Part shown: piece after piece, positions 8,037 to 21,260 of the stretch
Layout: every line of letters starts with the position of its first letter
How positions within the stretch are numbered: the stretch's first letter is position 1
Origin: the human T2T-CHM13v2.0 reference genome, Homo sapiens
Direction: 5' to 3' (one strand)
Length of the DNA stretch: 64,000 nt
Assembly: GCF_009914755.1 (NCBI RefSeq)
Contig: NC_060943.1
The notes under the pieces: model-generated
What the model was told of the DNA's origin: nothing
The model's database searches: none
The model's input: the letters and a program-made list of their open reading frames with translations, nothing else
Program-made: the position numbers and the translations under genes

Positions 8037-10949
8037 CGAGCCGCCGCTTGGGTCACAGTGAAAGCCACCGTTGCCCGGGGATGGGTCCCTGACCCTTGGG
8101 GAAGTAGGAGCCCTGTGTGATCGTGCGTCTGAGTCTGGGCTGAGACCAGTCCTGGCCAGGGCAGTTACCAGGACGGTCTCCGGAGGCCGGGATTCGCGGA
8201 GGGTCCAGCAGCAGGAAGAAACCCCAGGAGGAAGAAACCTCAGACAGATCGCCGGCGAGGCAGCGCGGGATCCCAGCCTCAGGCGTGCGCGGACGGTGTG
8301 CGGGTGAGTCTCCCCAAAAGTGGAGCCCTTGTGATGACGAGCACAGGTCCGCCTGCGTGCCCGTGGGCGGCTCTCTCACCGCTGGCTCTCAGTCGCGGAG
8401 AGCAGAACCCGGCAGCTTCAGGGGCTGCCTGCGGGAGGGTGTTCCCTGCTGTACGTGTGTGTTCGTCATGGGTGTGTGTGTTTGTGTGTTGGGGGGGGTG
8501 CGTCTGTGTGTGTGCGCGCGCAGTGCCTGTCTGTGTGCGGACTTCTGTCTCTCTCTCAGGTCTCTCTCTCTCTCTCTCTCTCCCTTCTCGCTCTTTCCGT
8601 GGCCCTCTCTTTCTGTCTCTGTCCGTCTGTGTGTGCGTGCGCCTCGGGACACATGTGCCCTGTGCGCCGGAGGGTGGGTTTCTTGCACGTCGGCCTTTCT
8701 TCTGGTCAGCCTCTCCCCGCGTCTCTGCCTGGGTCGTGTGGCCGGTTGGCAGTCGTCGTCCCGGCGGTTCCAGTTTGGGGGTCTGTGAAGGCCTGGGCAA
8801 CGTGGGCATCGGCGTCGGACCCGCAGGGGTTTTCATCCCCTCCCCATCCGGAGCAGCCTCTTTGCTAGGCTGGATCCAGACGAGCGCTCCCCAACCAAGG
8901 ACAACGGCCTCCCAGGCGCTCATCGTCCACCCGCAGGAGGGTGCCCGCAGAGCTTCAAGAAGGTGGTTGTCACGCCTGTCGCCCTCTGCCCTCATCGAGA
9001 AATGTAGCCACAGCTCGACGCAGGGACGGAGAAGGAAGCCGGCAAGGGGATGGGGCAAGCATGTCTGTCTCTCAAAGGCTGGCCTTCCTGGCCGAGTCAC
9101 CCGTTTGACACTCCTCCCCGGATGCCGGTGGTGGTGGCATGGCCCCCCCGTATCCTGCCTGGGCTCTGGCCTCTGCTCTGACCTCCCTCTTGCTGTGTCT
9201 GCCCCGTCTCTGAGAAGCCTGGCGGCTTCTTAGTGTGGCTCAGTGTCTTCCACAAAGAAGACTTCCCCGTCCATCAGGGAGAAACCTCGTGGCGGTCCGC
9301 GTCATGCTTGTTTCCCTCTCCACACCTCTTTCTGGATGATTGGGCAGCTGTGGTGATCCTGGAGCTCTGGGCTTCCATACCTGTGTGGGACAGGGAAGCT
9401 CTCTCGGTCTCCATGGCCCAAGTGATGGCTGCACGCTCGGTCCAGGAAGAGGCGGAGGCAAGCCCACCGCTCCTGACATTGGCCTTCTAGGAAAGGCGGT
9501 GTTGCATCCCACCTGCACTTCCTCTCTGATTCTTGAGGGCCAACCGCTTCCTCCGCTCCTGTGGAAAGTGCCTTCTAGCACCGAATCTTTTGGCTGCCAC
9601 GGATGTCAGGGAGCCAACGGGACTGGGTTTTGGCTGGGTGCAGGGGAGGTTGCGTCAGGGGAACCTAGCCGGCGGCGGGCTGGGGGTGGGGTGTACTTTG
9701 TCCAAACCTCTCGGCTCCTCTGGCGGGCCTCCCTGAACGTGGCGTGGACTCGCGCACAGGCCCTGTCTCGCAGGTTTTCAGGTGCGCTTGGCTTTTCCTC
9801 CGCTTTGTGGGGCAGGTCTCCAGTGGCCCCCCGGGCGCACGCCTGGACATCACTGTCCGTCTCGTCGTCGCCCCCTACGGCCTCAAAGACACACGCTGCC
9901 TGCATGTGCTCTTGGGGGACGACAGTGCCACATGTGGACACACTGGCTCCAGCTCGGACTCGCCTCTGTCTCTCTTTGCCCGTGTCGCCGGAAGCCGCCT
10001 CGGGTTGCCGGAGCCCTCGGGCCTTGGAGATGAAGGCAGGCCCCTGCTCCTGCCAGGAAGGAGGGAGGCAGTGGGCTCATGGGTCGGTGCCTTTGCAGCC
10101 GACAGCACGCCTTGCGGCCCTGGGGATCTTCCTGTGCCCCGGCGAGACCCTTTCCGCCTCACTGCATTGGAACCCCATTCCCGATCACACGCTGGGATCC
10201 ATCATCGGACCCCAAGAGGAGTCCGCGCAGCCCAGCCGGCACCCCGAAGCTCCTCCTTCAGTGGGAACCGAAGCAGAAGAGCGATCAAGGAGGTCCTCAC
10301 CACAGGACTCATGGGTCCGACCATGGGTCTCCCGCAGGCCCCTCTGGCAGTCCTCTTCCCACCCGCCGCCTCGGGCTGCGCCTTCGCCGCCGCCGCCGCA
10401 ACCTCCAGCACCGCCGCCCCAGGCCCCGCAGCCGCCGCGTCGCCGCCATTTTTTAAAGGGTCCGCAGCCTGACTCTGCGGAGTAAGGGGGGGTGGAGCGG
10501 GGGAGTCGGCCTCGCCAGCGCGCATGCGCGAGGCCCGAGCCGCCGCTTGGGTCACAGTGAAAGCCACCGTTGCCCGGGGATGGGTCCCTGACACTTGGGG
10601 AAGTAGGAGCCCTGTGTGATCGTGCGTCTGAGTCTGGGCTGAGACCAGTCCTGGCCAGGGCAGTTACCAGGACGGTCTCCGGAGGCCGGGATTCGCGGAG
10701 GGTCCAGCAGCAGGAAGAAACCCCAGGAGGAAGAAACCTCAGACAGATCGCCGGCGAGGCAGCGCGGGATCCCAGCCTCAGGCGTGCGCGGACGGTGTGC
10801 GGGTGAGTCTCCCCAAAAGTGGAGCCCTTGTGATGACGAGCACAGGTCCGCCTGCGTGCCCGTGGGCTGCTCTCTCACCGGTGGCTCTCAGTCGCGGAGA
10901 GCAGAACCCGGCAGCTTCAGGGGCTGCCTGCGGGAGGGTGTTCCCTGCT

Positions 10950-11071
10950 GTACGTGTGTGTTCGTCATGGGTGTGTGTGTGTGTGTGTTGGGGGGGGTGC
11001 GTCTGTGTGTGTGTCTGTGTGTGTGCGCGCGCAGTGCCTGTCTGTGTGCCGACTTCTGTCTCTCTCTCACG

Positions 11072-11123
<52 letters not shown>

Positions 11124-11185
11124 CCTTCTCGCTCTTTCCGTGGCCCTCTCTTTCTGTCTCTGTCCGTCTGTGTGTGCGTGCGCCT
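10950..11185. repeat. Compound microsatellite (GT)n-G8-(GT)n-(GC)n-(CT)n (unit 4 shown; one per unit)
   Basis: Directly visible. The pure TC run ranges from 11 copies (49089-49110) to 27 copies (18678-18731). Confidence 0.95.
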
Positions 11186-13611
11186 CGGGACACATGTGCC
11201 CTGTGCGCCGGAGGGTGGGTTTCTTGCACGTCGGCCTTTCTTCTGGTCAGCCTCTCCCCGCGTCTCTGCCTGGGTCGTGTGGCCGGTTGGCAGTCGTCGT
11301 CCCGGCGGTTCCAGTTTGGGGGTCTGTGAAGGCCTGGGCAACGTGGGCATCGGCGTCGGACCCGCAGGGGTTTTCATCCCCTCCCCATCCGGAGCAGCCT
11401 CTTTGCTAGGCTGGATCCAGACGAGCGCTCCCCAACCAAGGACAACGGCCTCCCAGGCGCTCATCGTCCACCCGCAGGAGGGTGCCCGCAGAGCTTCAAG
11501 AAGGTGGTTGTCACGCCTGTCGCCCTCTGCCCTCATCGAGAAATGTAGCCACAGCTCGACGCAGGGACGGAGAAGGAAGCCGGCAAGGGGATGGGGCAAG
11601 CATGTCTGTCTCTCAAAGGCTGGCCTTCCTGGCCGAGTCACCCGTTTGACACTCCTCCCCGGATGCCGGTGGTGGTGGCATGGCCCCCCCGTATCCTGCC
11701 TGGGCTCTGGCCTCTGCTCTGACCTCCCTCTTGCTGTGTCTGCCCCGTCTCTGAGAAGCCTGGCGGCTTCTTAGTGTGGCTCAGTGTCTTCCACAAAGAA
11801 GACTTCCCCGTCCATCAGGGAGAAACCTCGTGGCGGTCCGCGTCATGATTGTTTCCCTCTCCACACCTCTTTCTGGATGATTGGGCAGCTGTGGTGATCC
11901 TGGAGCTCTGGGCTTCCATACCTGTGTGGGACAGGGAAGCTCTCTCGGTCTCCATGGCCCAAGTGATGGCTGCACGCTCGGTCCAGGAAGAGGCGGAGGC
12001 AAGCCCACCGCTCCTGACATTGGCCTTCTAGGAAAGGCGGTGTTGCATCCCACCTGCACTTCCTCTCTGATTCTTGAGGGCCAACCGCTTCCTCCGCTCC
12101 TGGGGAAAGTGCCTTCTAGCACCGAATGTTTTGGCTGCCACGGATGTCAGGGAGCCAACGGGACTGGGTTTTGGCTGGGTGCAGGGGAGGTTGCGTCAGG
12201 GGTACCTAGCCGGCGGCGGGCTGGGGGTGGGGTGTACTTTGTCCAAACCTCTCGGCTCCTCTGGCGGGCCTCCCTGAACGTGGCGTGGACTCGCGCACAG
12301 GCCCTGTCTCGCAGGTTTTCAGGTGCGCTTGGCTTTTCCTCCGCTTTGTGGGGCAGGTCTCCAGTGGCCCCCCGGGCGCACGCCTGGACATCACTGTCCG
12401 TCTCGTCGTCGCCCCCTACGGCCTCAAAGACACACGCTGCCTGCATGTGCTCTTGGGGGACGACAGTGCCACATGTGGACACACTGGCTCCAGCTCGGAC
12501 TCGCCTCTGTCTCTCTTTGCCCGTGTCGCCGGAAGCCGCCTCGGGTTGCCGGAGCCCTCGGGCCTTGGAGATGAAGGCAGGCCCCTGCTCCTGCCAGGAA
12601 GGAGGGAGGCAGTGGGCTCATGGGTCGGTGCCTTTGCAGCCGACAGCACGCCTTGCGGCCCTGGGGATCTTCCTGTGCCCCGGCGAGACCCTTTCCGCCT
12701 CACTGCATTGGAACCCCATTCCCGATCACCCGCTGGGATCCATCATCGGACCCCAAGAGGAGTCCGCGCAGCCCAGCCGGCACCCCGAAGCTCCTCCTTC
12801 AGTGGGAACCGAAGCAGAAGAGCGATCAAGGAGGTCCTCACCACAGGACTCATGGGTCCGACCATGGGTCTCCCGCAGGCCCCTCTGGCAGTCCTCTCCC
12901 CACCCGCCGCCTCGGGCTGCGCCTTCGCCGCCGCCGCCGCAACCTCCAGCACCGCCGCCCCAGGCCCCGCAGCCGCCGCGTCGCCGCCATTTTTTAAAGG
13001 GTCCGCAGCCTGACTCTGCGGAGTAAGGGGGGGTGGAGCGGGGGAGTCGGCCTCGCCAGCGCGCATGCGCGAGGCCCGAGCCGCCGCTTGGGTCACAGTG
13101 AAAGCCACCGTTGCCCGGGGATGGGTCCCTGACACTTGGGGAAGTAGGAGCCCTGTGTGATCGTGCGTCTGAGTCTGGGCTGAGACCAGTCCTGGCCAGG
13201 GCAGTTACCAGGACGGTCTCCGGAGGCCGGGATTCGCGGAGGGTCCAGCAGCAGGAAGAAACCCCAGGAGGAAGAAACCTCAGACAGATCGCCGGCGAGG
13301 CAGCGCGGGATCCCAGCCTCAGGCGTGCGCGGACGGTGTGCGGGTGAGTCTCCCCAAAAGTGGAGCCCTTGTGATGACGAGCACAGGTCCGCCTGCGTGC
13401 CCGTGGGCTGCTCTCTCACCGGTGGCTCTCAGTCGCGGAGAGCAGAACCCGGCAGCTTCAGGGGCTGCCTGCGGGAGGGTGTTCCCTGCTGTACGTGTGT
13501 GTTCGTCATGGGTGTGTGTGTGTGTGTGTTGGGGGGGGTGCGTCTGTGTGTGTGTCTGTGTGTGTGCGCGCGCAGTGCCTGTCTGTGTGCCGACTTCTGT
13601 CTCTCTCTCAC

Positions 13612-13654
<43 letters not shown>

Positions 13655-16151
13655 TCCCTCTCTCCCTTCTCGCTCTTTCCGTGGCCCTCTCTTTCTGTCT
13701 CTGTCCGTCTGTGTGTGCGTGCGCCTCGGGACACATGTGCCCTGTGCGCCGGAGGGTGGGTTTCTTGCACGTCGGCCTTTCTTCTGGTCAGCCTCTCCCC
13801 GCGTCTCTGTCTGGGTCGTGTGGCCGGTTGGCAGTCGTCGTCCCGGCGGTTCCAGTTTGGGGGTCTGTGAAGGCCTGGGCAACGTGGGCATCGGCGTCGG
13901 ACCCGCAGGGGTTTTCATCCCCTCCCCATCCGGAGCAGCCTCTTTGCTAGGCTGGATCCAGACGAGCGCTCCCCAACCAAGGACAACGGCCTCCCAGGCG
14001 CTCATCGTCCACCCGCAGGAGGGTGCCCGCAGAGCTTCAAGAAGGTGGTTGTCACGCCTGTCGCCCTCTGCCCTCATCGAGAAATGTAGCCACAGCTCGA
14101 CGCAGGGACGGAGAAGGAAGCCGGCAAGGGGATGGGGCAAGCATGTCTGTCTCTCAAAGGCTGGCCTTCCTGGCCGAGTCACCCGTTTGACACTCCTCCC
14201 CGGATGCCGGTGGTGGTGGCATGGCCCCCCCGTATCCTGCCTGGGCTCTGGCCTCTGCTCTGACCTCCCTCTTGCTGTGTCTGCCCCGTCTCTGAGAAGC
14301 CTGGCGGCTTCTTAGTGTGGCTCAGTGTCTTCCACAAAGAAGACTTCCCCGTCCATCAGGGAGAAACCTCGTGGCGGTCCGCGTCATGCTTGTTTCCCTC
14401 TCCACACCTCTTTCTGGATGATTGGGCAGCTGTGGTGATCCTGGAGCTCTGGGCTTCCATACCTGTGTGGGACAGGGAAGCTCTCTCGGTCTCCATGGCC
14501 CAAGTGATGGCTGCACGCTCGGTCCAGGAAGAGGCGGAGGCAAGCCCACCGCTCCTGACATTGGCCTTCTAGGAAAGGCGGTGTTGCATCCCACCTGCAC
14601 TTCCTCTCTGATTCTTGAGGGCCAACCGCTTCCTCCGCTCCTGGGGAAAGTGCCTTCTAGCACCGAATCTTTTGGCTGCCACGGATGTCAGGGAGCCAAC
14701 GGGACTGGGTTTTGGCTGGGTGCAGGGGAGGTTGCGTCAGGGGTACCTAGCCGGCGGCGGGCTGGGGGTGGGGTGTACTTTGTCCAAACCTCTCGGCTCC
14801 TCTGGCGGGCCTCCCTGAACGTGGCGTGGACTCGCGCACAGGCCCTGTCTCGCAGGTTTTCAGGTGCGCTTGGCTTTTCCTCCGCTTTGTGGGGCAGGTC
14901 TCCAGTGGCCCCCCGGGCGCACGCCTGGACATCACTGTCCGTCTCGTCGTCGCCCCCTACGGCCTCAAAGACACACGCTGCCTGCATGTGCTCTTGGGGG
15001 ACGACAGTGCCACATGTGGACACGCTGGCTCCAGCTCGGACTCGCCTCTGTCTCTCTTTGCCCGTGTCGCCGGAAGCCGCCTCGGGTTGCCGGAGCCCTC
15101 GGGCCTTGGAGATGAAGGCAGGCCCCTGCTCCTGCCAGGAAGGAGGGAGGCAGTGGGCTCATGGGTCGGTGCCTTTGCAGCCGACAGCACGCCTTGCGGC
15201 CCTGGGGATCTTCCTGTGCCCCGGCGAGACCCTTTCCGCCTCACTGCATTGGAACCCCATTCCCGATCACCCGCTGGGATCCATCATCGGACCCCAAGAG
15301 GAGTCCGCGCAGCCCAGCCGGCACCCCGAAGCTCCTCCTTCAGTGGGAACCGAAGCAGAAGAGCGATCAAGGAGGTCCTCACCACAGGACTCATGGGTCC
15401 GACCATGGGTCTCCCGCAGGCCCCTCTGGCAGTCCTCTCCCCACCCGCCGCCTCGGGCTGCGCCTTCGCCGCCGCCGCCGCAACCTCCAGCACCGCCGCC
15501 CCAGGCCCCGCAGCCGCCGCGTCGCCGCCATTTTTTAAAGGGTCCGCAGCCTGACTCTGCGGAGTAAGGGGGGGTGGAGCGGGGGAGTCGGCCTCGCCAG
15601 CGCGCATGCGCGAGGCCCGAGCCGCCGCTTGGGTCACAGTGAAAGCCACCGTTGCCCGGGGATGGGTCCCTGACACTTGGGGAAGTAGGAGCCCTGTGTG
15701 ATCGTGCGTCTGAGTCTGGGCTGAGACCAGTCCTGGCCAGGGCAGTTACCAGGACGGTCTCCGGAGGCCGGGATTCGCGGAGGGTCCAGCAGCAGGAAGA
15801 AACCCCAGGAGGAAGAAACCTCAGACAGATCGCCGGCGAGGCAGCGCGGGATCCCAGCCTCAGGCGTGCGCGGACGGTGTGCGGGTGAGTCTCCCCAAAA
15901 GTGGAGCCCTTGTGATGACGAGCACAGGTCCGCCTGCGTGCCCGTGGGCTGCTCTCTCACCGGTGGCTCTCAGTCGCGGAGAGCAGAACCCGGCAGCTTC
16001 AGGGGCTGCCTGCGGGAGGGTGTTCCCTGCTGTACGTGTGTGTTCGTCATGGGTGTGTGTGTGTGTGTGTTGGGGGGGTGCGTCTGTGTGTGTGTCTGTG
16101 TGTGTGCGCGCGCAGTGCCTGTCTGTGTGCCGACTTCTGTCTCTCTCTCAC

Positions 16152-16188
<37 letters not shown>

Positions 16189-18676
16189 CCTTCTCGCTCT
16201 TTCCGTGGCCCTCTCTTTCTGTCTCTGTCCGTCTGTGTGTGCGTGCGCCTCGGGACACATGTGCCCTGTGCGCCGGAGGGTGGGTTTCTTGCACGTCGGC
16301 CTTTCTTCTGGTCAGCCTCTCCCCGCGTCTCTGCCTGGGTCGTGTGGCCGGTTGGCAGTCGTCGTCCCGGCGGTTCCAGTTTGGGGGTCTGTGAAGGCCT
16401 GGGCAACGTGGGCATCGGCGTCGGACCCGCAGGGGTTTTCATCCCCTCCCCATCCGGAGCAGCCTCTTTGCTAGGCTGGATCCAGACGAGCGCTCCCCAA
16501 CCAAGGACAACGGCCTCCCAGGCGCTCATCGTCCACCCGCAGGAGGGTGCCCGCAGAGCTTCAAGAAGGTGGTTGTCACGCCTGTCGCCCTCTGCCCTCA
16601 TCGAGAAATGTAGCCACAGCTCGACGCAGGGACGGAGAAGGAAGCCGGCAAGGGGATGGGGCAAGCATGTCTGTCTCTCAAAGGCTGGCCTTCCTGGCCG
16701 AGTCACCCGTTTGACACTCCTCCCCGGATGCCGGTGGTGGTGGCATGGCCCCCCCGTATCCTGCCTGGGCTCTGGCCTCTGCTCTGACCTCCCTCTTGCT
16801 GTGTCTGCCCCGTCTCTGAGAAGCCTGGCGGCTTCTTAGTGTGGCTCAGTGTCTTCCACAAAGAAGACTTCCCCGTCCATCAGGGAGAAACCTCGTGGCG
16901 GTCCGCGTCATGCTTGTTTCCCTCTCCACACCTCTTTCTGGATGATTGGGCAGCTGTGGTGATCCTGGAGCTCTGGGCTTCCATACCTGTGTGGGACAGG
17001 GAAGCTCTCTCGGTCTCCATGGCCCAAGTGATGGCTGCACGCTCGGTCCAGGAAGAGGCGGAGGCAAGCCCACCGCTCCTGACATTGGCCTTCTAGGAAA
17101 GGCGGTGTTGCATCCCACCTGCACTTCCTCTCTGATTCTTGAGGGCCAACCGCTTCCTCCGCTCCTGGGGAAAGTGCCTTCTAGCACCGAATCTTTTGGC
17201 TGCCACGGATGTCAGGGAGCCAACGGGACTGGGTTTTGGCTGGGTGCAGGGGAGGTTGCGTCAGGGGTACCTAGCCGGCGGCGGGCTGGGGGTGGGGTGT
17301 ACTTTGTCCAAACCTCTCGGCTCCTCTGGCGGGCCTCCCTGAACGTGGCGTGGACTCGCGCACAGGCCCTGTCTCGCAGGTTTTCAGGTGCGCTTGGCTT
17401 TTCCTCCGCTTTGTGGGGCAGGTCTCCAGTGGCCCCCCGGGCGCACGCCTGGACATCACTGTCCGTCTCGTCGTCGCCCCCTACGGCCTCAAAGACACAC
17501 GCTGCCTGCATGTGCTCTTGGGGGACGACAGTGCCACATGTGGACACACTGGCTCCAGCTCGGACTCGCCTCTGTCTCTCTTTGCCCGTGTCGCCGGAAG
17601 CCGCCTCGGGTTGCCGGAGCCCTCGGGCCTTGGAGATGAAGGCAGGCCCCTGCTCCTGCCAGGAAGGAGGGAGGCAGTGGGCTCATGGGTCGGTGCCTTT
17701 GCAGCCGACAGCACGCCTTGCGGCCCTGGGGATCTTCCTGTGCCCCGGCGAGACCCTTTCCGCCTCACTGCATTGGAACCCCATTCCCGATCACCCGCTG
17801 GGATCCATCATCGGACCCCAAGAGGAGTCCGCGCAGCCCAGCCGGCACCCCGAAGCTCCTCCTTCAGTGGGAACCGAAGCAGAAGAGCGATCAAGGAGGT
17901 CCTCACCACAGGACTCATGGGTCCGACCATGGGTCTCCCGCAGGCCCCTCTGGCAGTCCTCTCCCCACCCGCCGCCTCGGGCTGCGCCTTCGCCGCCGCC
18001 GCCGCAACCTCCAGCACCGCCGCCCCAGGCCCCGCAGCCGCCGCGTCGCCGCCATTTTTTAAAGGGTCCGCAGCCTGACTCTGCGGAGTAAGGGGGGGTG
18101 GAGCGGGGGAGTCGGCCTCGCCAGCGCGCATGCGCGAGGCCCGAGCCGCCGCTTGGGTCACAGTGAAAGCCACCGTTGCCCGGGGATGGGTCCCTGACAC
18201 TTGGGGAAGTAGGAGCCCTGTGTGATCGTGCGTCTGAGTCTGGGCTGAGACCAGTCCTGGCCAGGGCAGTTACCAGGACGGTCTCCGGAGGCCGGGATTC
18301 GCGGAGGGTCCAGCAGCAGGAAGAAACCCCAGGAGGAAGAAACCTCAGACAGATCGCCGGCGAGGCAGCGCGGGATCCCAGCCTCAGGCGTGCGCGGACG
18401 GTGTGCGGGTGAGTCTCCCCAAAAGTGGAGCCCTTGTGATGACGAGCACAGGTCCGCCTGCGTGCCCGTGGGCTGCTCTCTCACCGGTGGCTCTCAGTCG
18501 CGGAGAGCAGAACCCGGCAGCTTCAGGGGCTGCCTGCGGGAGGGTGTTCCCTGCTGTACGTGTGTGTTCGTCATGGGTGTGTGTGTGTGTGTGTTGGGGG
18601 GGGTGCGTCTGTGTGTGTGTCTGTGTGTGTGCGCGCGCAGTGCCTGTCTGTGTGCCGACTTCTGTCTCTCTCTCAC

Positions 18677-18737
<61 letters not shown>

Positions 18738-21228
18738 CCTTCTCGCTCTTTCCGTGGCCCTCTCTTTCTGTCTCTGTCCGTCTGTGTGTGCGTGCGCCTC
18801 GGGACACATGTGCCCTGTGCGCCGGAGGGTGGGTTTCTTGCACGTCGGCCTTTCTTCTGGTCAGCCTCTCCCCGCGTCTCTGCCTGGGTCGTGTGGCCGG
18901 TTGGCAGTCGTCGTCCCGGCGGTTCCAGTTTGGGGGTCTGTGAAGGCCTGGGCAACGTGGGCATCGGCGTCGGACCCGCAGGGGTTTTCATCCCCTCCCC
19001 ATCCGGAGCAGCCTCTTTGCTAGGCTGGATCCAGACGAGCGCTCCCCAACCAAGGACAACGGCCTCCCAGGCGCTCATCGTCCACCCGCAGGAGGGTGCC
19101 CGCAGAGCTTCAAGAAGGTGGTTGTCACGCCTGTCGCCCTCTGCCCTCATCGAGAAATGTAGCCACAGCTCGACGCAGGGACGGAGAAGGAAGCCGGCAA
19201 GGGGATGGGGCAAGCATGTCTGTCTCTCAAAGGCTGGCCTTCCTGGCCGAGTCACCCGTTTGACACTCCTCCCCGGATGCCGGTGGTGGTGGCATGGCCC
19301 CCCCGTATCCTGCCTGGGCTCTGGCCTCTGCTCTGACCTCCCTCTTGCTGTGTCTGCCCCGTCTCTGAGAAGCCTGGCGGCTTCTTAGTGTGGCTCAGTG
19401 TCTTCCACAAAGAAGACTTCCCCGTCCATCAGGGAGAAACCTCGTGGCGGTCCGCGTCATGATTGTTTCCCTCTCCACACCTCTTTCTGGATGATTGGGC
19501 AGCTGTGGTGATCCTGGAGCTCTGGGCTTCCATACCTGTGTGGGACAGGGAAGCTCTCTCGGTCTCCATGGCCCAAGTGATGGCTGCACGCTCGGTCCAG
19601 GAAGAGGCGGAGGCAAGCCCACCGCTCCTGACATTGGCCTTCTAGGAAAGGCGGTGTTGCATCCCACCTGCACTTCCTCTCTGATTCTTGAGGGCCAACC
19701 GCTTCCTCCGCTCCTGGGGAAAGTGCCTTCTAGCACCGAATGTTTTGGCTGCCACGGATGTCAGGGAGCCAACGGGACTGGGTTTTGGCTGGGTGCAGGG
19801 GAGGTTGCGTCAGGGGTACCTAGCCGGCGGCGGGCTGGGGGTGGGGTGTACTTTGTCCAAACCTCTCGGCTCCTCTGGCGGGCCTCCCTGAACGTGGCGT
19901 GGACTCGCGCACAGGCCCTGTCTCGCAGGTTTTCAGGTGCGCTTGGCTTTTCCTCCGCTTTGTGGGGCAGGTCTCCAGTGGCCCCCCGGGCGCACGCCTG
20001 GACATCACTGTCCGTCTCGTCGTCGCCCCCTACGGCCTCAAAGACACACGCTGCCTGCATGTGCTCTTGGGGGACGACGGTGCCACATGTGGACACACTG
20101 GCTCCAGCTCGGACTCGCCTCTGTCTCTCTTTGCCCGTGTCGCCGGAAGCCGCCTCGGGTTGCCGGAGCCCTCGGGCCTTGGAGATGAAGGCAGGCCCCT
20201 GCTCCTGCCAGGAAGGAGGGAGGCAGTGGGCTCATGGGTCGGTGCCTTTGCAGCCGACAGCACGCCTTGCGGCCCTGGGGATCTTCCTGTGCCCCGGCGA
20301 GACCCTTTCCGCCTCACTGCATTGGAACCCCATTCCCGATCACCCGCTGGGATCCATCATCGGACCCCAAGAGGAGTCCGCGCAGCCCAGCCGGCACCCC
20401 GAAGCTCCTCCTTCAGTGGGAACCGAAGCAGAAGAGCGATCAAGGAGGTCCTCACCACAGGACTCCTATGGGTCCGACCCTGGGTCTCCCGCAGGCCCCT
20501 CTGGCAGTCCTCTCCCCACCCGCCGCCTCGGGCTGCGCCTTCGCCGCCGCCGCCGCAACCTCCAGCACCGCCGCCCCAGGCCCCGCAGCCGCCGCGTCGC
20601 CGCCATTTTTTAAAGGGTCCGCAGCCTGACTCTGCGGAGTAAGGGGGGGTGGAGCGGGGGAGTCGGCCTCGCCAGCGCGCATGCGCGAGGCCCGAGCCGC
20701 CGCTTGGGTCACAGTGAAAGCCACCGTTGCCCGGGGATGGGTCCCTGACACTTGGGGAAGTAGGAGCCCTGTGTGATCGTGCGTCTGAGTCTGGGCTGAG
20801 ACCAGTCCTGGCCAGGGCAGTTACCAGGACGGTCTCCGGAGGCCGGGATTCGCGGAGGGTCCAGCAGCAGGAAGAAACCCCAGGAGGAAGAAACCTCAGA
20901 CAGATCGCCGGCGAGGCAGCGCGGGATCCCAGCCTCAGGCGTGCGCGGACGGTGTGCGGGTGAGTCTCCCCAAAAGTGGAGCCCTTGTGATGACGAGCAC
21001 AGGTCCGCCTGCGTGCCCGTGGGCTGCTCTCTCACCGGTGGCTCTCAGTCGCGGAGAGCAGAACCCGGCAGCTTCAGGGGCTGCCTGCGGGAGGGTGTTC
21101 CCTGCTGTACGTGTGTGTTCGTCATGGGTGTGTGTGTGTGTGTGTTGGGGGGGGTGCGTCTGTGTGTGTGTCTGTGTGTGTGCGCGCGCAGTGCCTGTCT
21201 GTGTGCCGACTTCTGTCTCTCTCTCACG

Positions 21229-21260
<32 letters not shown>

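Noticed and set aside
6578-9078. PRDM9 13-mer CCNCCNTNNCCNC, considered because SST1 arrays have been linked to recombination
   Set aside because: I did not spot an exact match by eye. A PWM scan would be needed, so no claim is made.
8279-9233. ORFs of 170-330 aa containing SLSLSL, CVCVCV or ERERER runs
   Set aside because: These are translations of the GT/CT microsatellite, and the frame changes from unit to unit with TC length.
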